NCBI GenBank assembly: GCA_040954595.2
Contig: CM082576.2
Coordinates: 15,857,028-15,921,027 of the forward strand
From: Balanoglossus misakiensis
Lineage: Eukaryota; Animalia; Hemichordata
Length of the DNA: 64,000 nt
Reading direction: 5' to 3'
Shown piece after piece: positions 51,140-62,825 of this stretch (the stretch's first letter is position 1; each line of letters begins with the position of its first letter). The notes under the pieces were generated by a model. It ran no database searches, had not been told where the DNA came from, and saw only the letters and a list, made by a program, of their open reading frames with translations. A program made the translations under genes and the position numbers.

Positions 51140-54100
51140 TACATACATACATACATACATACATACATACATACATACATACATACATACATACATACAT
51201 ACATACATACATACATACATACATACATACATACATACATACATACATACATACATACATACATACATACATACATACATACATACATACATACATACAT
51301 ACATACATACATACATACATACATACATACATACATACATACATACATACATACATACATACACACATCATCATCATCATATGTGGATTTTGGCAAGAAA
51401 CTGCATAAGTCACATAAAACATAATAGAGCTAACGGGGCTTTTCTGCCCACTGTGGTAACCAACACTTCCATTTGTATGGCACATTGAAACTATGAGTGA
51501 ACGGACACCGATGCTCTACAAACTTCTCTGCCATGAGCGGGATTTTCACCTTGATGTCCATGAAATCAACAGTCCTCTGAGGCTGTAGCCATGACAACGG
51601 AAACTCATCATTCTCATCGGCAAACATCGTGATGACTTCCCTCCTCTTTGCTTGTCGTTCTGCTTCAGTCCCATAGCTGTACTTTGGTTTCTTTTATTTT
51701 GATAGACACTCACATGTTGATATTTAAATTTTGTTGATTTTATTATATCTATGCAATACATCAAACGCAATAGTATTTCCAGTAGGACACTGATGTTGAA
51801 AATTTGAAATTTAAACAAAACTAAAACAACTTTAAAAAGAATTAATATACATAAAAGTGCTTCCAAGTTAATACAGAGAGTGTCAGAATATTCATACCAA
51901 ACTTGATTGGTTGATACAGATTTTTGTGTGAATATTTCTAGGAAAATACAGCTTTTCCGCTCGAATTTGAAAAAAAAGAAAACTGTGTTACATAGAGTAG
52001 AAATGGAACTATAATTTTCAATGTTTACATTTTTTTGAAAATTAAAATTGTCACTTTGGTACACTATTTATATGGCTTATGCATTCGAAGGTGAAAGACC
52101 AGAGTCCATCTTCTCTCTAACGTCAACAGTTGCGGATTTTGCTTCTTTGACATCAGCCACTGGGACAGTTGTTTGTAAAGATTGTTTGTTAATACAGAGA
52201 GTCTTATGGACACTTATTTACTGCGCTAATACATTTACACAGTCGTTTCCATAGTCAACGACCAGAACCTTACAAAGTGGTTCATCATCCGTTACACAGA
52301 TACCATGGGGTTGATTGAGTCCATCATCATCACTGTCAACACGACAGACAAATTTCCCCCCAGATTCATATTTGACAATTCTGTTATTGCCGCTATCTGA
52401 GACATACACATAGCCGTGTTTATCCACAGCCACTCCGCGTGGGGAACTCAGCTGACCATCTCCACGTCCTTCGGATCCGAATGTATACAGGAAGTGACCA
52501 TCACCATCGAACACTTGAATTCGATGGTTTGTGGTATCTGATACATAGACATTGCCTTTGTCGTCCATGCAGACAAACCATGGGCAGATAAACTCACCCT
52601 CCTCACTTCCCTCTCTCCCAAATGATTTGATATGATTTCCATACTGGTCGTAGATGTGAATACAGTGTGCACTGTTATCCACAACACAAACCCTCCCATT
52701 GACAGGACTTATGCCAATACCGATCGGCCATTTAATCTTTCCCTTCCCAAAACACCTGATCAGTTTGCCATTCTCGTCACAGACAATTACCTGCTTATTT
52801 CCTTCATCTGTTGTGAAAACATTTCCATCTACTGACACAGCTGCATCGTTTGGTTTAAACGCGTTACTCAAATTTCTAAATCGGAATATTTTCTGCTGTT
52901 TTCCACCCACACTGAAAGATTGCAATCTACGATTACCAAAGTCAGAAACTAACGCATCTCCTGTTTTTGTGAGGGTTACCCCATATGGATACTTCAGCTG
53001 CCCAGCTCCTGAACCCTTCTCCCCAAATTTACACACCAACCCCTTCTTATGAATAACTTTAAATCTAACCGGTGAACCCCGTACTACTTTCTTACGTACC
53101 GACACTGACAGTTCACGTTCGCCTTCCGTGTTTGCACGAGTTTTTAAACTCAGAGTCCCGTCGTTATTATCGCTGACTTCCACTTTTTCTCCTGATGTCA
53201 AGGCAGCCTCAACTTCTCCAATATTTGTCTTAACCGGTGACGTCATTGTAACGCAGATTTCTTCGTCTATTCTTGTGAAGTCTGGAGCATCAAGTATTCC
53301 ATAAGGAACTGTAATCTCTATCGCTCCTACCTTCTTCTCCGTACAGAAATCATCACACGGTTGGAACTTCAGGTAGTCGCTCTCCATCGGTTCGGTTTCT
53401 GTCTCCAATTTCAGCAATTCTGTCATCTGACTGCTTATCCCTTTCTTTGCCGTCATCAACTGCGTAGCGTTGCCATGGTGAAGCAGTTTCTCGGCGTATT
53501 CTCTCGCGTGCGACAGATCATTATGGCAAACTTCCATTTCTTTCAGCTGCGCGTTTAAATTCAATTTTCGCCTGTCGTATTCGTCTTTCAGTTCTTTCAG
53601 AAGTTTGTCGCCGTTTTCTTGTATCAGACGAGTGAGTTCTTCGATTGTTTTACGGATGTGTTCTCTCAGTTTGTCGTCATCTCTCCTGAAGCTCTCGTCT
53701 AAGGATGTCGATACTTGGGTAACAGCTATCGTGCTCTCACTGACTTGAGTTTCTTTCGTTTTCACTTTGTCAATGGTCGTTAGCAAATCTTCGGCGTAGG
53801 CTTCGGCTGCCTGTTTCACACAACGGTACTGGTGATCGGGTTTGCAATGATCCAACGCCGTGCACTTCAGACAGATCGCCTTGCCGCACGTATCGCAGTA
53901 GAATTCGATCTTGTAGTCTGGATGTTTGCTGCAGTAGATCGGTGGCTGAACGGAGGCGGGGTCGACCGACTTGGCGCTGTTGTATTCGACCACTGAAACG
54001 AGCCGGTGCAGTTTCGTCAACGGGACTTTTACGTGTCCCCTGGAACAAGCATCACACATTTCGAGAGAACACTCGACACAGTGCATGGTCCGAACGCCCT

Positions 54101-54704
54101 GCTCGCACAGTTCACACTTCATCGTTGACGTCGAAGTGTCTCGTTTATTGAGCAGTTCAACCAAATCGTTCAGAAAACCGCTGGTGTCGAAGCCGGACAC
54201 GCCATTACCAGGAAGCTCGTGGGACCGCCGACATATTGGACAGTTTACAGCACCATGAGTTTTCTCTGCCAGCTTACCCAGACACGGCGCGCAGAAAGTG
54301 TGTAGACACGGTAGAATTTTCGCATTCTTGTACCTCTCTAAACAGACAGTACAGAGGAGGAAATTCTCGTCGATTTCCGTTGCAACCCCGGAATCCTTGG
54401 CAGCCATAATTGCGCTGTTCGTTGATCGTCTGTTTACCGGACTCGTGACCTGGCTAGTTATCATCACATGACCAAATTCTACGAATTCATTGTGTGACAA
54501 TGGATTTCTACGAAGTGGGCAATGGTGCATTGTGGGGCTTAGACATTAAGACATTTCTGATTCGTGAGCCGTTGTCCTCAGGTGAACTTTTAAATGACCC
54601 GACTTGACCTTATGATTTCCATAACTGTGCATGTACGTTGTATCTCATCTTTCCATTCCTATAAGGCCTAAATGTCGAAATGTCACGTGTAGGACACACA
54701 CACA

Positions 54705-54769
<65 letters not shown>

Positions 54770-57700
54770 ACCTGCCACCGGTAATTAAAAATTTAATAGC
54801 TGGTGGTCTCTGTAACAGCCAGCCTATTAAAGTTATGTAAACATGTCTTAGTTCGGGGTAACAACTCCTTGTAAATAGTAACTTTAAAAACAACTGGTTT
54901 AGGAGAAGATTTGCAAACCAAAAACAAAGAAACTTTCAAATAAAACTCGCTAAATATTGAATATTTCTGATCTGATATCAGAATTGAATAAAAGTTGCAC
55001 ATATACATGACTTGTATGTGTTATGAAATTATATCCTAAATTTCAAAGCAATCAGAGAAAACACAAATTTCAAAGCAATCGAACAAGCAGTTTCACAGAA
55101 AATATTTGTTCAAAAGTGGCAAAAACACAAATATGCAAATATCACCAAAATTGTACAATATCTTACTTCAATCACTACAAGGAACATGCTGCCAAAGAGC
55201 AATGCAATATGACATGCGGTTTCAGAGAAAACAATTTTTGACAAAAATTGCCAAAGTTTCCTCGATGACACATGTATGCAAATATCACATTTTTTACAAC
55301 ATATTACTTAGGTTACCCCTACGAACATGCCTACCAAATTGCAAGGCAATCTGGCATGCGCGTTTAAAGAAGAAGAAAAGTTGACCAAAAGTGGCAAATA
55401 TTGCTCAAAATTATAAATATGCAAATTTTGCAGCAATATGGTTACTCAGACAACCATTAGGAAGCTTCATACTAAATTTCAAAGAAGTAAGCCCATCACT
55501 TTCAGAAATGAAGACTCTTTACCAATGACATGGAAAAATACAAAAAAATGCATAACAAATAGGTAATCGATATTATTAGCTCAAAACATACACGACTGTA
55601 TGAGGTTGACATAAGGTACATGCATACCAATTTTCAAATCAATATGACCAGTGGTTGTCGAGTTTTTGAGTTTTGACCAATTTCACATTTTCCCAGCTAA
55701 TGTGCATATTTTTGGCAATGACAACTTCATTTGAACAAACTCCCATCTACAGCTCTACCTGCATCTACACACCAAATATCGAGGTCATACGCGCAGCGGT
55801 TTTCAAGTTTTTGATGTGGACGGACATACAGACATACATCCATACATCCATCCATACATACATACATACATACATACATACATACATACATACATACATA
55901 CATACATACATACATACATACATACATACATACATACAGACGCAACCGATCCCATAAGGTCCCATGGTACATACCAATGGGACCAAACAAGTGTTCTCTA
56001 TATTTATCATACGAATACGTTGTGGTGTTAACGTACCTAAGAAACCAAAATCCAGCTCCTTCCCCATCACCTTGACCGTGGTATGAAACGTCATCAGGAA
56101 ATTCTTTGTACATGGTGACACCTGAAGAGAGTATTAAGGAATACTAAGTTTATAGAAAGTCCTTTTAATAAAAAAAAGGCACTGAGAGATATACAGGATC
56201 CACATTCGTAGAAAATTAGAACCATTCAGAGACACAGAGTAAACTCGTAGGGGACAAGAATTAAGAATCTATAAGTACGTAAATTGGTTGACTGGTTACA
56301 TACCAAATTCTAGAGAATCTGCCACCCTTTCAGTATCCATTTTGTCAATATGTATTTCGAAAAGTTGATTTGTTGCGAGAGGTTTGTCTGTGATGAATAC
56401 TGCTTTGTTGTCAGCCCACAGGTATTCCCAATCTTGTCTGTACGCTACACGCCCGTCATTCTTGACCCTGGCACGTTTGCCTGCTGGAATAAACCGCATC
56501 CCTTGGTACCCCGTGCCTTCCTGTTAACAAACAACACCATTTGCAACGTTAAAGCGACAAAGTCTCTCAGTCTCTCGCTGCCCCTTTTCCATTAATTATA
56601 TTTGATACAAGACACCATTTATGTTACTCTACATGTGGATATATAGTGACTGAACGTTCGACCACACACAACTACCATCACGTTTGTAGGATATGAGAGT
56701 TAAAATCACGCCAAAAATGAATAAATGGTAGAGACTGATTATTCATTTTTCGCGAGTTTTAACTCCCATGTCTGCAAGTGGGATGGAAGTTGTGTATGGT
56801 TGAACGTTGATTCACTATATATCCACATGTAGAATAACATAAACGGTGTCTTGTATCAAACATAATTAATGGAAACGGCAGCGAGAGAGAGAGAGACTTT
56901 GCCCATTTAACACCAAGAATTAGTTTAAATTGACTGATGGACAGTAAGTATTTATTGATGCTAGAGTTAAATAATAACACATGTTAGCGAGGGCAATATC
57001 ATGCGGCGAGGGCATCATCAATATTATGGTCAGAGATCACCAGCCCGAGGGCAGACCAAAGATCATGATATTGCCCGAGCATGACATGTGTTATTAATTT
57101 TATTATACCGAACATTTGACCATACACAGCATAGAGGGTTACGTCCATTTCCAACGATGCAGGTTGCAGTGAACTAAAATATCTCGCTGTACAGTGTACC
57201 GACTTTGGTGTATTTACTGTCCGTTTGCGGTAAAATATCGTCAAGTTGAACAGAATACAGAGTGAGGTGTAATAATTTCTTTTAGTGACGTTTGGGAAGA
57301 CACTTACAGGCTTAGGTGTGACTTCCTCGACATTGCTTGACGGTTTCCCGTCTACTGAATTTTCAATCTTCGGAGGCCAGTGACGTTTAGGTTTCTCAGC
57401 GTCCGGGCTGACCTTAGGAAGTCCCATTAATTCAAGATTCGCATTTGCCACGGCCTGCACCTTTTAGTGAGTGAGTGAGTGAGAGAGAGAGACAGGAGAT
57501 GAGAGGGGGGATAGACAGACAGGGGAGGGTGCATCATTACGAAAAGCACTGCTGAAAATGTAGTACTGACAAAAGTGGCATGGACAGCTTATTAATTACG
57601 TCAGGTATTGTCTCGAGAAAGCACATAACGACTTGTGTCATAATCTTTAAAGATGTCATTACCAATGTCATAAATGAACTACCTTATCCTTCAGGTTTTG

Positions 57701-58007
57701 GCAGTGTTGCTGACAAATATTCAACAAAAACTTCACGAGCCCAGCATCACCCGCAGCAGATGCGAATACGAGACTTGCGTCTGTGCAGTTCATAAAGACG
57801 TTATTCAAAGCTCCTAAGCCTTCCCATCGTTCCTTGTCCATATACGCACCGTCTTCTCCGTTACCATAAAAATCCAGGGCTCGGTTCATCAGAGTGTCTG
57901 GAGAGAATTGTAAATAAACTGTGTTACATCTCGAATCGCACCAAATTTCGCAATTTATCTATTTATCAATTTATCTGTCTGTCTGTTTGCCTATCTGTCT
58001 GTCTGTA

Positions 58008-58038
<31 letters not shown>

Positions 58039-61000
58039 ATGTATGTATGTATGTATGTATGTATGTATGTATGTATGTATGTATGTATGTATGTATGTAT
58101 GTATGTATGTATGTATGTATGTATGTATGTATGTATGTATGTATGTATGTATGTATGTATGTATGTATGTATGTATGTATATGTATGTATGTATGTACGT
58201 ATCTATTGGCTAAGCCTATAGATAGCACGTTGTCACTTACATCATCCGACGTGTATAATATTTACTAAAACCAGTAATATTAGCAGCATGCCTGCGTTAT
58301 ATTAAAATGTCATCACACAGAAATACTAACCTAAACCACCATCTGTGTCCGATATTCGTTCAGCAATAGCGGCCCTGTCTTTTCTATTGGTGTCGCAAAG
58401 TGCCTTAGAAACAGCCACAATGACATCTTTGGCCTCATCTGGTTTCATTTCTCCGAGACTAGAAACTAGACTATCGACAAACGCGCAGGTTTCTGCCACG
58501 CTTTGATCACAACCGGCTGCAAAGGTGTCAGATGTAAGGAGGATATATGAAGAGAATTACAGCAGAGACGATGAGTGCATAAGCTTGTAAGGACTATACA
58601 ATATTAATCTAAAATCGTGTTTCTGACAAACAGAGATCCCCAGTGAAACGAGACTGGAAGATCTCTCGTATGATTCGCTAATGGAGATTGCCTCAATCGA
58701 TGACGTATTTCCGACCCTAATGGGTTAACTGTCTTTACAACCTTTATGTGGTCGGGATGATTTTTTGTTATAACTCACTACTCCCAGATCGTTCGTCCGA
58801 AGCTTTGTTTTCTTTTGACGTCTGGTCATCATCTTTGCTGTAGAGATCGAATTTGTTCAGCAGACGACGAACAGCATCATGGTCCGGTCCTTCGCATCGC
58901 TCCAACACGTCAAACAAGACAGGCACTGCATGCGTCATTACCTTATTCATGTGACAATAGAGAGATTTCAATGCCAAATTATGAACCAGAATGAAAGTTA
59001 TCAAGTTATTGTGTCACGATTGAGTTTTAACGATCATAGATCTTGTTTATGATTAAGTAAGAAGTCATTCACTTGTATGGTTTTAGTCCAGTATTGACAT
59101 AGGTACTTGACCCAGAGTAAACAAGATTGTGTAATTGATACATGTCAGAAGGAGATAGAGATATCACGCGCTAAGTTCATGTTTAAGAAATATTAAGATG
59201 ACGTGTTCCTTTTATGACTTAATACTTGACTAACGTATTAATAAGGTGTGGTGAAATTTGAGATCACACGTTTATAACGGGAGATCCGTGATGGGAGTCA
59301 ACGAGCATGGATCGAGTCGTGTAATTCTTACGTGTGACCAGTAATAAACCAGAACTTTGTGTTACTCGGAAAACTTGTTGCAAGTCTCTGTCTACGAAAG
59401 GTTTACGACCTGCCGGGTACCTCTCTCGGACTTTATGAATATGTTGGGTGGAGAAGGAGATGGAGAGAATTTACGCCGTCACCCTTCGGACGTGGCTGAT
59501 TCCCCACAGAAGCCCCGATGAGGTGAGCGTCGGAAGGACGGCGGGCGGGCGTAATAATAACACATGGTGTTAGAATCCGGGTAGGCAGAGATGTTGCAAC
59601 TGATTCCTGAACCGAGAAAGAAGAGAAAAAGCTGGCGAAACTGACGATTCAATGGTCTGCTTCAGAAGGAAACGAGAACAGAAAAAAGGTTGGTGCTGAC
59701 TGTTGACTGCATGGAATGCGTGGACGGGTTTTCAACGATGGATCTGTTGTTTGATCAGAGGGGCGTCGTATCCAGAAGCATGTAGTTGAAGCAGTTCGGG
59801 CGACGAAGAAAAGAGGTCTCGTGGAATGAAGAAGGGAAGACTCTTGAATCGTCTGCTATCGCAAAAGAACTGTGATAGAATGACATTGAACTGAATAATC
59901 AGCCTTTTTAATATATAGTTTGGGAGATTTGATCATTGAAATATTGCGTGATCGTATTTTCTTTGTCTACTCTGATGACGTGAGTTAGTAGACGTGAGTT
60001 GACTGACCGTTATTTAACCGCTTTTGATTTGATATTGTTTTCCGCCAAGTTTTTGCCTTGTTTTCGACATTGTAATTGTGTATTCTTTTGTTGAAGTGAT
60101 GCCGTGAAGTGTAGTGAAGTTTACTAGTAATAGGTTTTTGAGGAGTTGTTGAAGTTTTTGTGATGACCGCAAGAGAGACGGTCTGGTGATGAAGTCGTGA
60201 TGTTTTAATGACCGCAAGGGAGACGGTCTGGCGTATGAAAATGGCCCTTTGAGTTGGCATGTGAGTTCATACGAGGGACAAGAGAGAAGACCCAGAGTGT
60301 AGTTGAAGTTAAGCGTGATTTAATTGTAGTCTTACGCATCCTTTCACATAAGAATTCGTTTCCATTGTCGTGGTTATTTTTGAACGTGACAGTATGATGG
60401 AGTGTATTATGTTTGTACACAAGAACTATCAGACTTGATTTTTTTTACGCGGTTATTGACTGTTGAATTTTGCACTGGAAAAGAGACACTCTTTGACGAG
60501 AAGTCAGAACAGTGAAGTCGTTTTGAATTTTGACATTGAAAAGTTTCATGCGATTTTCTTTAATTTGTTTGAACAGGCTGTGATATTTTAAAGGTGATTA
60601 TTGAGTTTGATTTTGACGTAGTGTATTTAAAACCGATAGCGCAGACCTGGTTTTCGTTTTCATTCTTTCTTTGATCGAACGTGGAAGTTCGATTATTGGA
60701 AAAGTGGGAAGTGTCACGATTGAGTTTTAACGATCATAGATCTTGTTTATGATTAAGTAAGAAGTCATTCACTTGTATGGTTTTAGTCCAGTATTGACAT
60801 AGGTACTTGACCCAGAGTAAACAAGATTGTGTAATTGATACATGTCAGAAGGAGATAGAGATATCACGCGCTAAGTTCATGTTTAAGAAATATTAAGATG
60901 ACGTGTTCCTTTTATGACTTAATACTTGACTAATGAATTAATAAGGTGTGGTGAAATTTGAGATCACACGTTTATAACGAGAGATCCGTGATGGGAGTCA

Positions 61001-62825
61001 ACGAGCATGGATCGAGTCGTGTAATTCTTACGTGTGACCAGTAATAAACCAGAACTTTGTGTTACTCGGAAAACTTGTTGCAAGTCTCTGTCTACGAAAG
61101 GTTTACGACCTGCCGGGTACCTCTCTCGGACTTTATGAATATGTTGGGTGGAGAAGGAGATGGAGAGAATTTACGCCGTCACCCTTCGGACGTGGCTGAT
61201 TCCCCACAGAAGCCCCGATGAGGTGAGCGTCGGAAGGACGGCGGGCGGGCGTAATAATAACAATTGTGCTGTGTCTATCGCAAATTGTCTTGCATATCAG
61301 AGGAAAAGACAACATTATTATCTTATGAAGAACACCCCCATGTCTGCCGCCTTATCATAAATACAACAAAAGTGTAGAAAAACGCGCAATGAATGTTCTT
61401 GATTCGACTCACATTTTCTCTGTTTTGTGGGTGAAGCGACAGGTTCTCCAGGGCTTCGGCAAGTTCTCCTATGGAAAAAGACTGCGGTCCTTCTACTAAG
61501 CACTTCTGAAGCCATATAACAAGTTCCTTTATAACACCTGCCATGACAAAAACAAGTGACGCGGTGTTTAATGTAACCAATCTTAACAGCGGGATGTTAT
61601 GTACTGTGGTGTGATATGGTGTGGTATGGAGCGGTGTGATGTGATGTGATTTCAGTCATGTGATATGATGGAAGGAAATGAGGTGCAATTTTAGATATAC
61701 AACACAACAAAGTTTCTCAAGCTTTTATCGACAGTTAGTCGTATTTCAAAATAGCGTTAAAACATTTTTTCGTGTTTTAAAAACTTGAACAAAATGATGT
61801 TAAATCTTGCACACATACTGCAGGAATAATTACCGTTTTCGTCTTTAATGAGGTCCACTTCTTTGGTAGGGTCGATCACATAGCTCAACGTCAGACAGGC
61901 CGCCAAACGACGTCCTGGGTCGGCTGACCCCTTGTAAAAATGTAGAAGACGTTTCGTTTCCGGGTTGTCAAAATACACACGGTTAGTTTTCGATTTGACA
62001 AGATTGTGCAATGTAAACAAACACGTGCAAACCAAGTTCCATCTCCTCTGTCAAAAGGAAAATAGGATTATCATAGCTTTAAAGTAAACTTCAGAAACCT
62101 GTTGAAGAAACTGAAATGATTTCCTATTTGTCCGGCTAATAGGGTGTCAAGTGACTGTTTGGGAACCAGACCCCATCATGCAATGCAAGTACCTTCATTT
62201 CCTGTCCCGCCGACACCCATTTCGTCACTTCCGCAATGACAGTTGATACGTCCTCTCGTTTACAGTCAGCATTCTGGGAACCACGCAGCACATCTGAAAT
62301 GAAAGGATGAAGTCCAATGTGCATAAAATACTGGTTTTGGTCTACAAGAATGATTTTCGCTATTTGACCTTCTGCGGCAAGTTGAGGCACCCCTTACACT
62401 GTTCAGGGTTCAGTTTGTATTGCTAGATAAAATATAATCTACTGCCGCGCCGTCGACTGTGACGAGGTAAGCATGACAGAAAAACAGAGACCAAAGGTCA
62501 AACAAGGCAACGGGTTACACGTACCAAAACAAACCGAAAGCTGAATAAAAATGTGAAATTACTCCGATATATTGTAGGCAAATTGAAAAATTACTAACAC
62601 ACAGAAAGATATGAAGTAGTTGAAGTGAGTGAAATCATTTTTTGATCCTTGATGACAGTTATGTTTGAGCGGAATGGTTTTGATGGAATGCGGAAGTACA
62701 TGTAACCGTCTGTTCGGAAAATCGTGCTTTGCCGACGAATGAGATATGAATCTGGTTAGTGTCCTCACAAAAACACCATGGAGTTAGCATGGGGTTGGCT
62801 TACCTGCTATCTGTACAGCAGCCAT
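47533..62825 (-). CDS. cGAS-like receptor (Mab-21/cGLR nucleotidyltransferase) with N-terminal ARM-like and Neuralized (NHR) domains, 16 exons, ~1169 aa
   Basis: Exons 62825-62804, 62293-62193, 62047-61834, 61537-61413, 58941-58779, 58516-58331, 57897-57683, 57460-57308, 56520-56304, 56121-56037, 50550-50381, 50278-50153, 49811-49686, 49446-48466, 48338-48022, 47841-47533; 3510 nt in frame. Motifs TGSTSEG..DEMDLM, TVDGALVL, WPSIASHWVTRDRKWP, GCHVVPK, WRLSFSLAE, SSYHMKTTMLW, PNFFLPENNMI. Confidence 0.8.
48466..49446 (-). CDS. cGLR NTase-core exon
   Basis: YVWTGSTSEGF...LNDEMDLMIPV (GS plus E-x-D catalytic motif); PGYVRVQ; QGPVQTL. Confidence 0.9.
50153..56520 (-). CDS. Neuralized homology repeat (NHR) encoded by four exons split by a 5.5 kb intron
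   Basis: MRF..GKRARVKNDGRVAYR..NKAVFITDKPLATNQLFEIHIDK..SLEFGVT..FP..GFWFL | DLDKIKEGDRVGIV..TLHYYYNGVSKG..NIP | DVYPLVAVTGKCIQVSI. Confidence 0.8.
51055..51380. repeat. (CA)n + (CATA)n microsatellite
   Basis: Directly visible. Confidence 0.98.
51430..51685 (-). pseudogene. Orphan C-terminal coding fragment, possibly LicD/FKRP-family
   Basis: EFPLSWLQPQRTVDFMDIKVKIPLMAEKFVEHRCPFTHSFNVPYKWKCWLP resembles LicD-family C-termini (from memory, not searched); no upstream exons found. Confidence 0.35.
52218..54407 (-). CDS. Intronless TRIM-NHL E3 ubiquitin ligase (RING, 2 B-boxes, coiled coil, filamin-like, NHL repeats; TRIM2/3/56/71-like), 729 aa, nested in a cGLR intron
   Basis: MAAKDSG..LLCTVCLERYKNAKILPCLHTFCAPCL..CPICR; CELC..CVEC..CDAC..H; CSKH..YCDTC..ICLKC..DH; VRGSPVRF; NHL repeats FGEKGSGAGQLKYPYGV, FGSEGRGDGQLSSPRGVAVD. 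Confidence 0.95.
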   Translation of the reverse strand: MAAKDSGVATEIDENFLLCTVCLERYKNAKILPCLHTFCAPCLGKLAEKTHGAVNCPICRRSHELPGNGVSGFDTSGFLNDLVELLNKRDTSTSTMKCELCEQGVRTMHCVECSLEMCDACSRGHVKVPLTKLHRLVSVVEYNSAKSVDPASVQPPIYCSKHPDYKIEFYCDTCGKAICLKCTALDHCKPDHQYRCVKQAAEAYAEDLLTTIDKVKTKETQVSESTIAVTQVSTSLDESFRRDDDKLREHIRKTIEELTRLIQENGDKLLKELKDEYDRRKLNLNAQLKEMEVCHNDLSHAREYAEKLLHHGNATQLMTAKKGISSQMTELLKLETETEPMESDYLKFQPCDDFCTEKKVGAIEITVPYGILDAPDFTRIDEEICVTMTSPVKTNIGEVEAALTSGEKVEVSDNNDGTLSLKTRANTEGERELSVSVRKKVVRGSPVRFKVIHKKGLVCKFGEKGSGAGQLKYPYGVTLTKTGDALVSDFGNRRLQSFSVGGKQQKIFRFRNLSNAFKPNDAAVSVDGNVFTTDEGNKQVIVCDENGKLIRCFGKGKIKWPIGIGISPVNGRVCVVDNSAHCIHIYDQYGNHIKSFGREGSEEGEFICPWFVCMDDKGNVYVSDTTNHRIQVFDGDGHFLYTFGSEGRGDGQLSSPRGVAVDKHGYVYVSDSGNNRIVKYESGGKFVCRVDSDDDGLNQPHGICVTDDEPLCKVLVVDYGNDCVNVLAQ
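54694..54767. repeat. (CA)n microsatellite
   Basis: Directly visible. Confidence 0.97.
55000..55990. mobile_element. Helentron/DINE-like non-autonomous element with (CATA)n and terminal hairpin
   Basis: Internal aaatttcaaagcaatc repeats, (CATA)n at 55824-55937, then hairpin ggtcccat..atgggacc plus A-rich end. Confidence 0.5.
56553..56906. mobile_element. Third copy of the TTAA palindromic MITE
   Basis: ttaa|agcgacaaagtctctc...gagagagactttgccca..ttaa. Confidence 0.7.
56969..57100. mobile_element. Hairpin-type element fragment (Crypton-like)
   Basis: taataacacatg..gggcaatatcatg / catgatattgccc..catgtgttatta. Confidence 0.45.
57975..58197. repeat. (GTCT)n/(GTAT)n microsatellite
   Basis: Directly visible. 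Confidence 0.97.
59012..61262 (+). mobile_element. Young non-autonomous LTR retrotransposon (TRIM/LARD-like) in a cGLR intron
   Basis: 551-bp LTRs at 59012-59562 and 60712-61262 (TG..CA, ~3 mismatches seen); ATTG TSD; PBS-like TGGTGTTAGAA after the 5' LTR; PPT GGAAAAGTGGGAAG; ~1.15 kb internal region with no gag/pol ORF. Confidence 0.92.

Noticed and set aside
50887-51488. ORFs of YVCM/HTYI repeats (also 55673-56121 and 57921-58268)
   Set aside because: Translations of (CATA)n/(CA)n microsatellites; only the 56121-56037 part is a real exon
54408-54530. 41-aa N-terminal extension of the TRIM ORF
   Set aside because: MAAKDSG at 54407 is the typical start shortly before the RING; the extension shows no recognisable features
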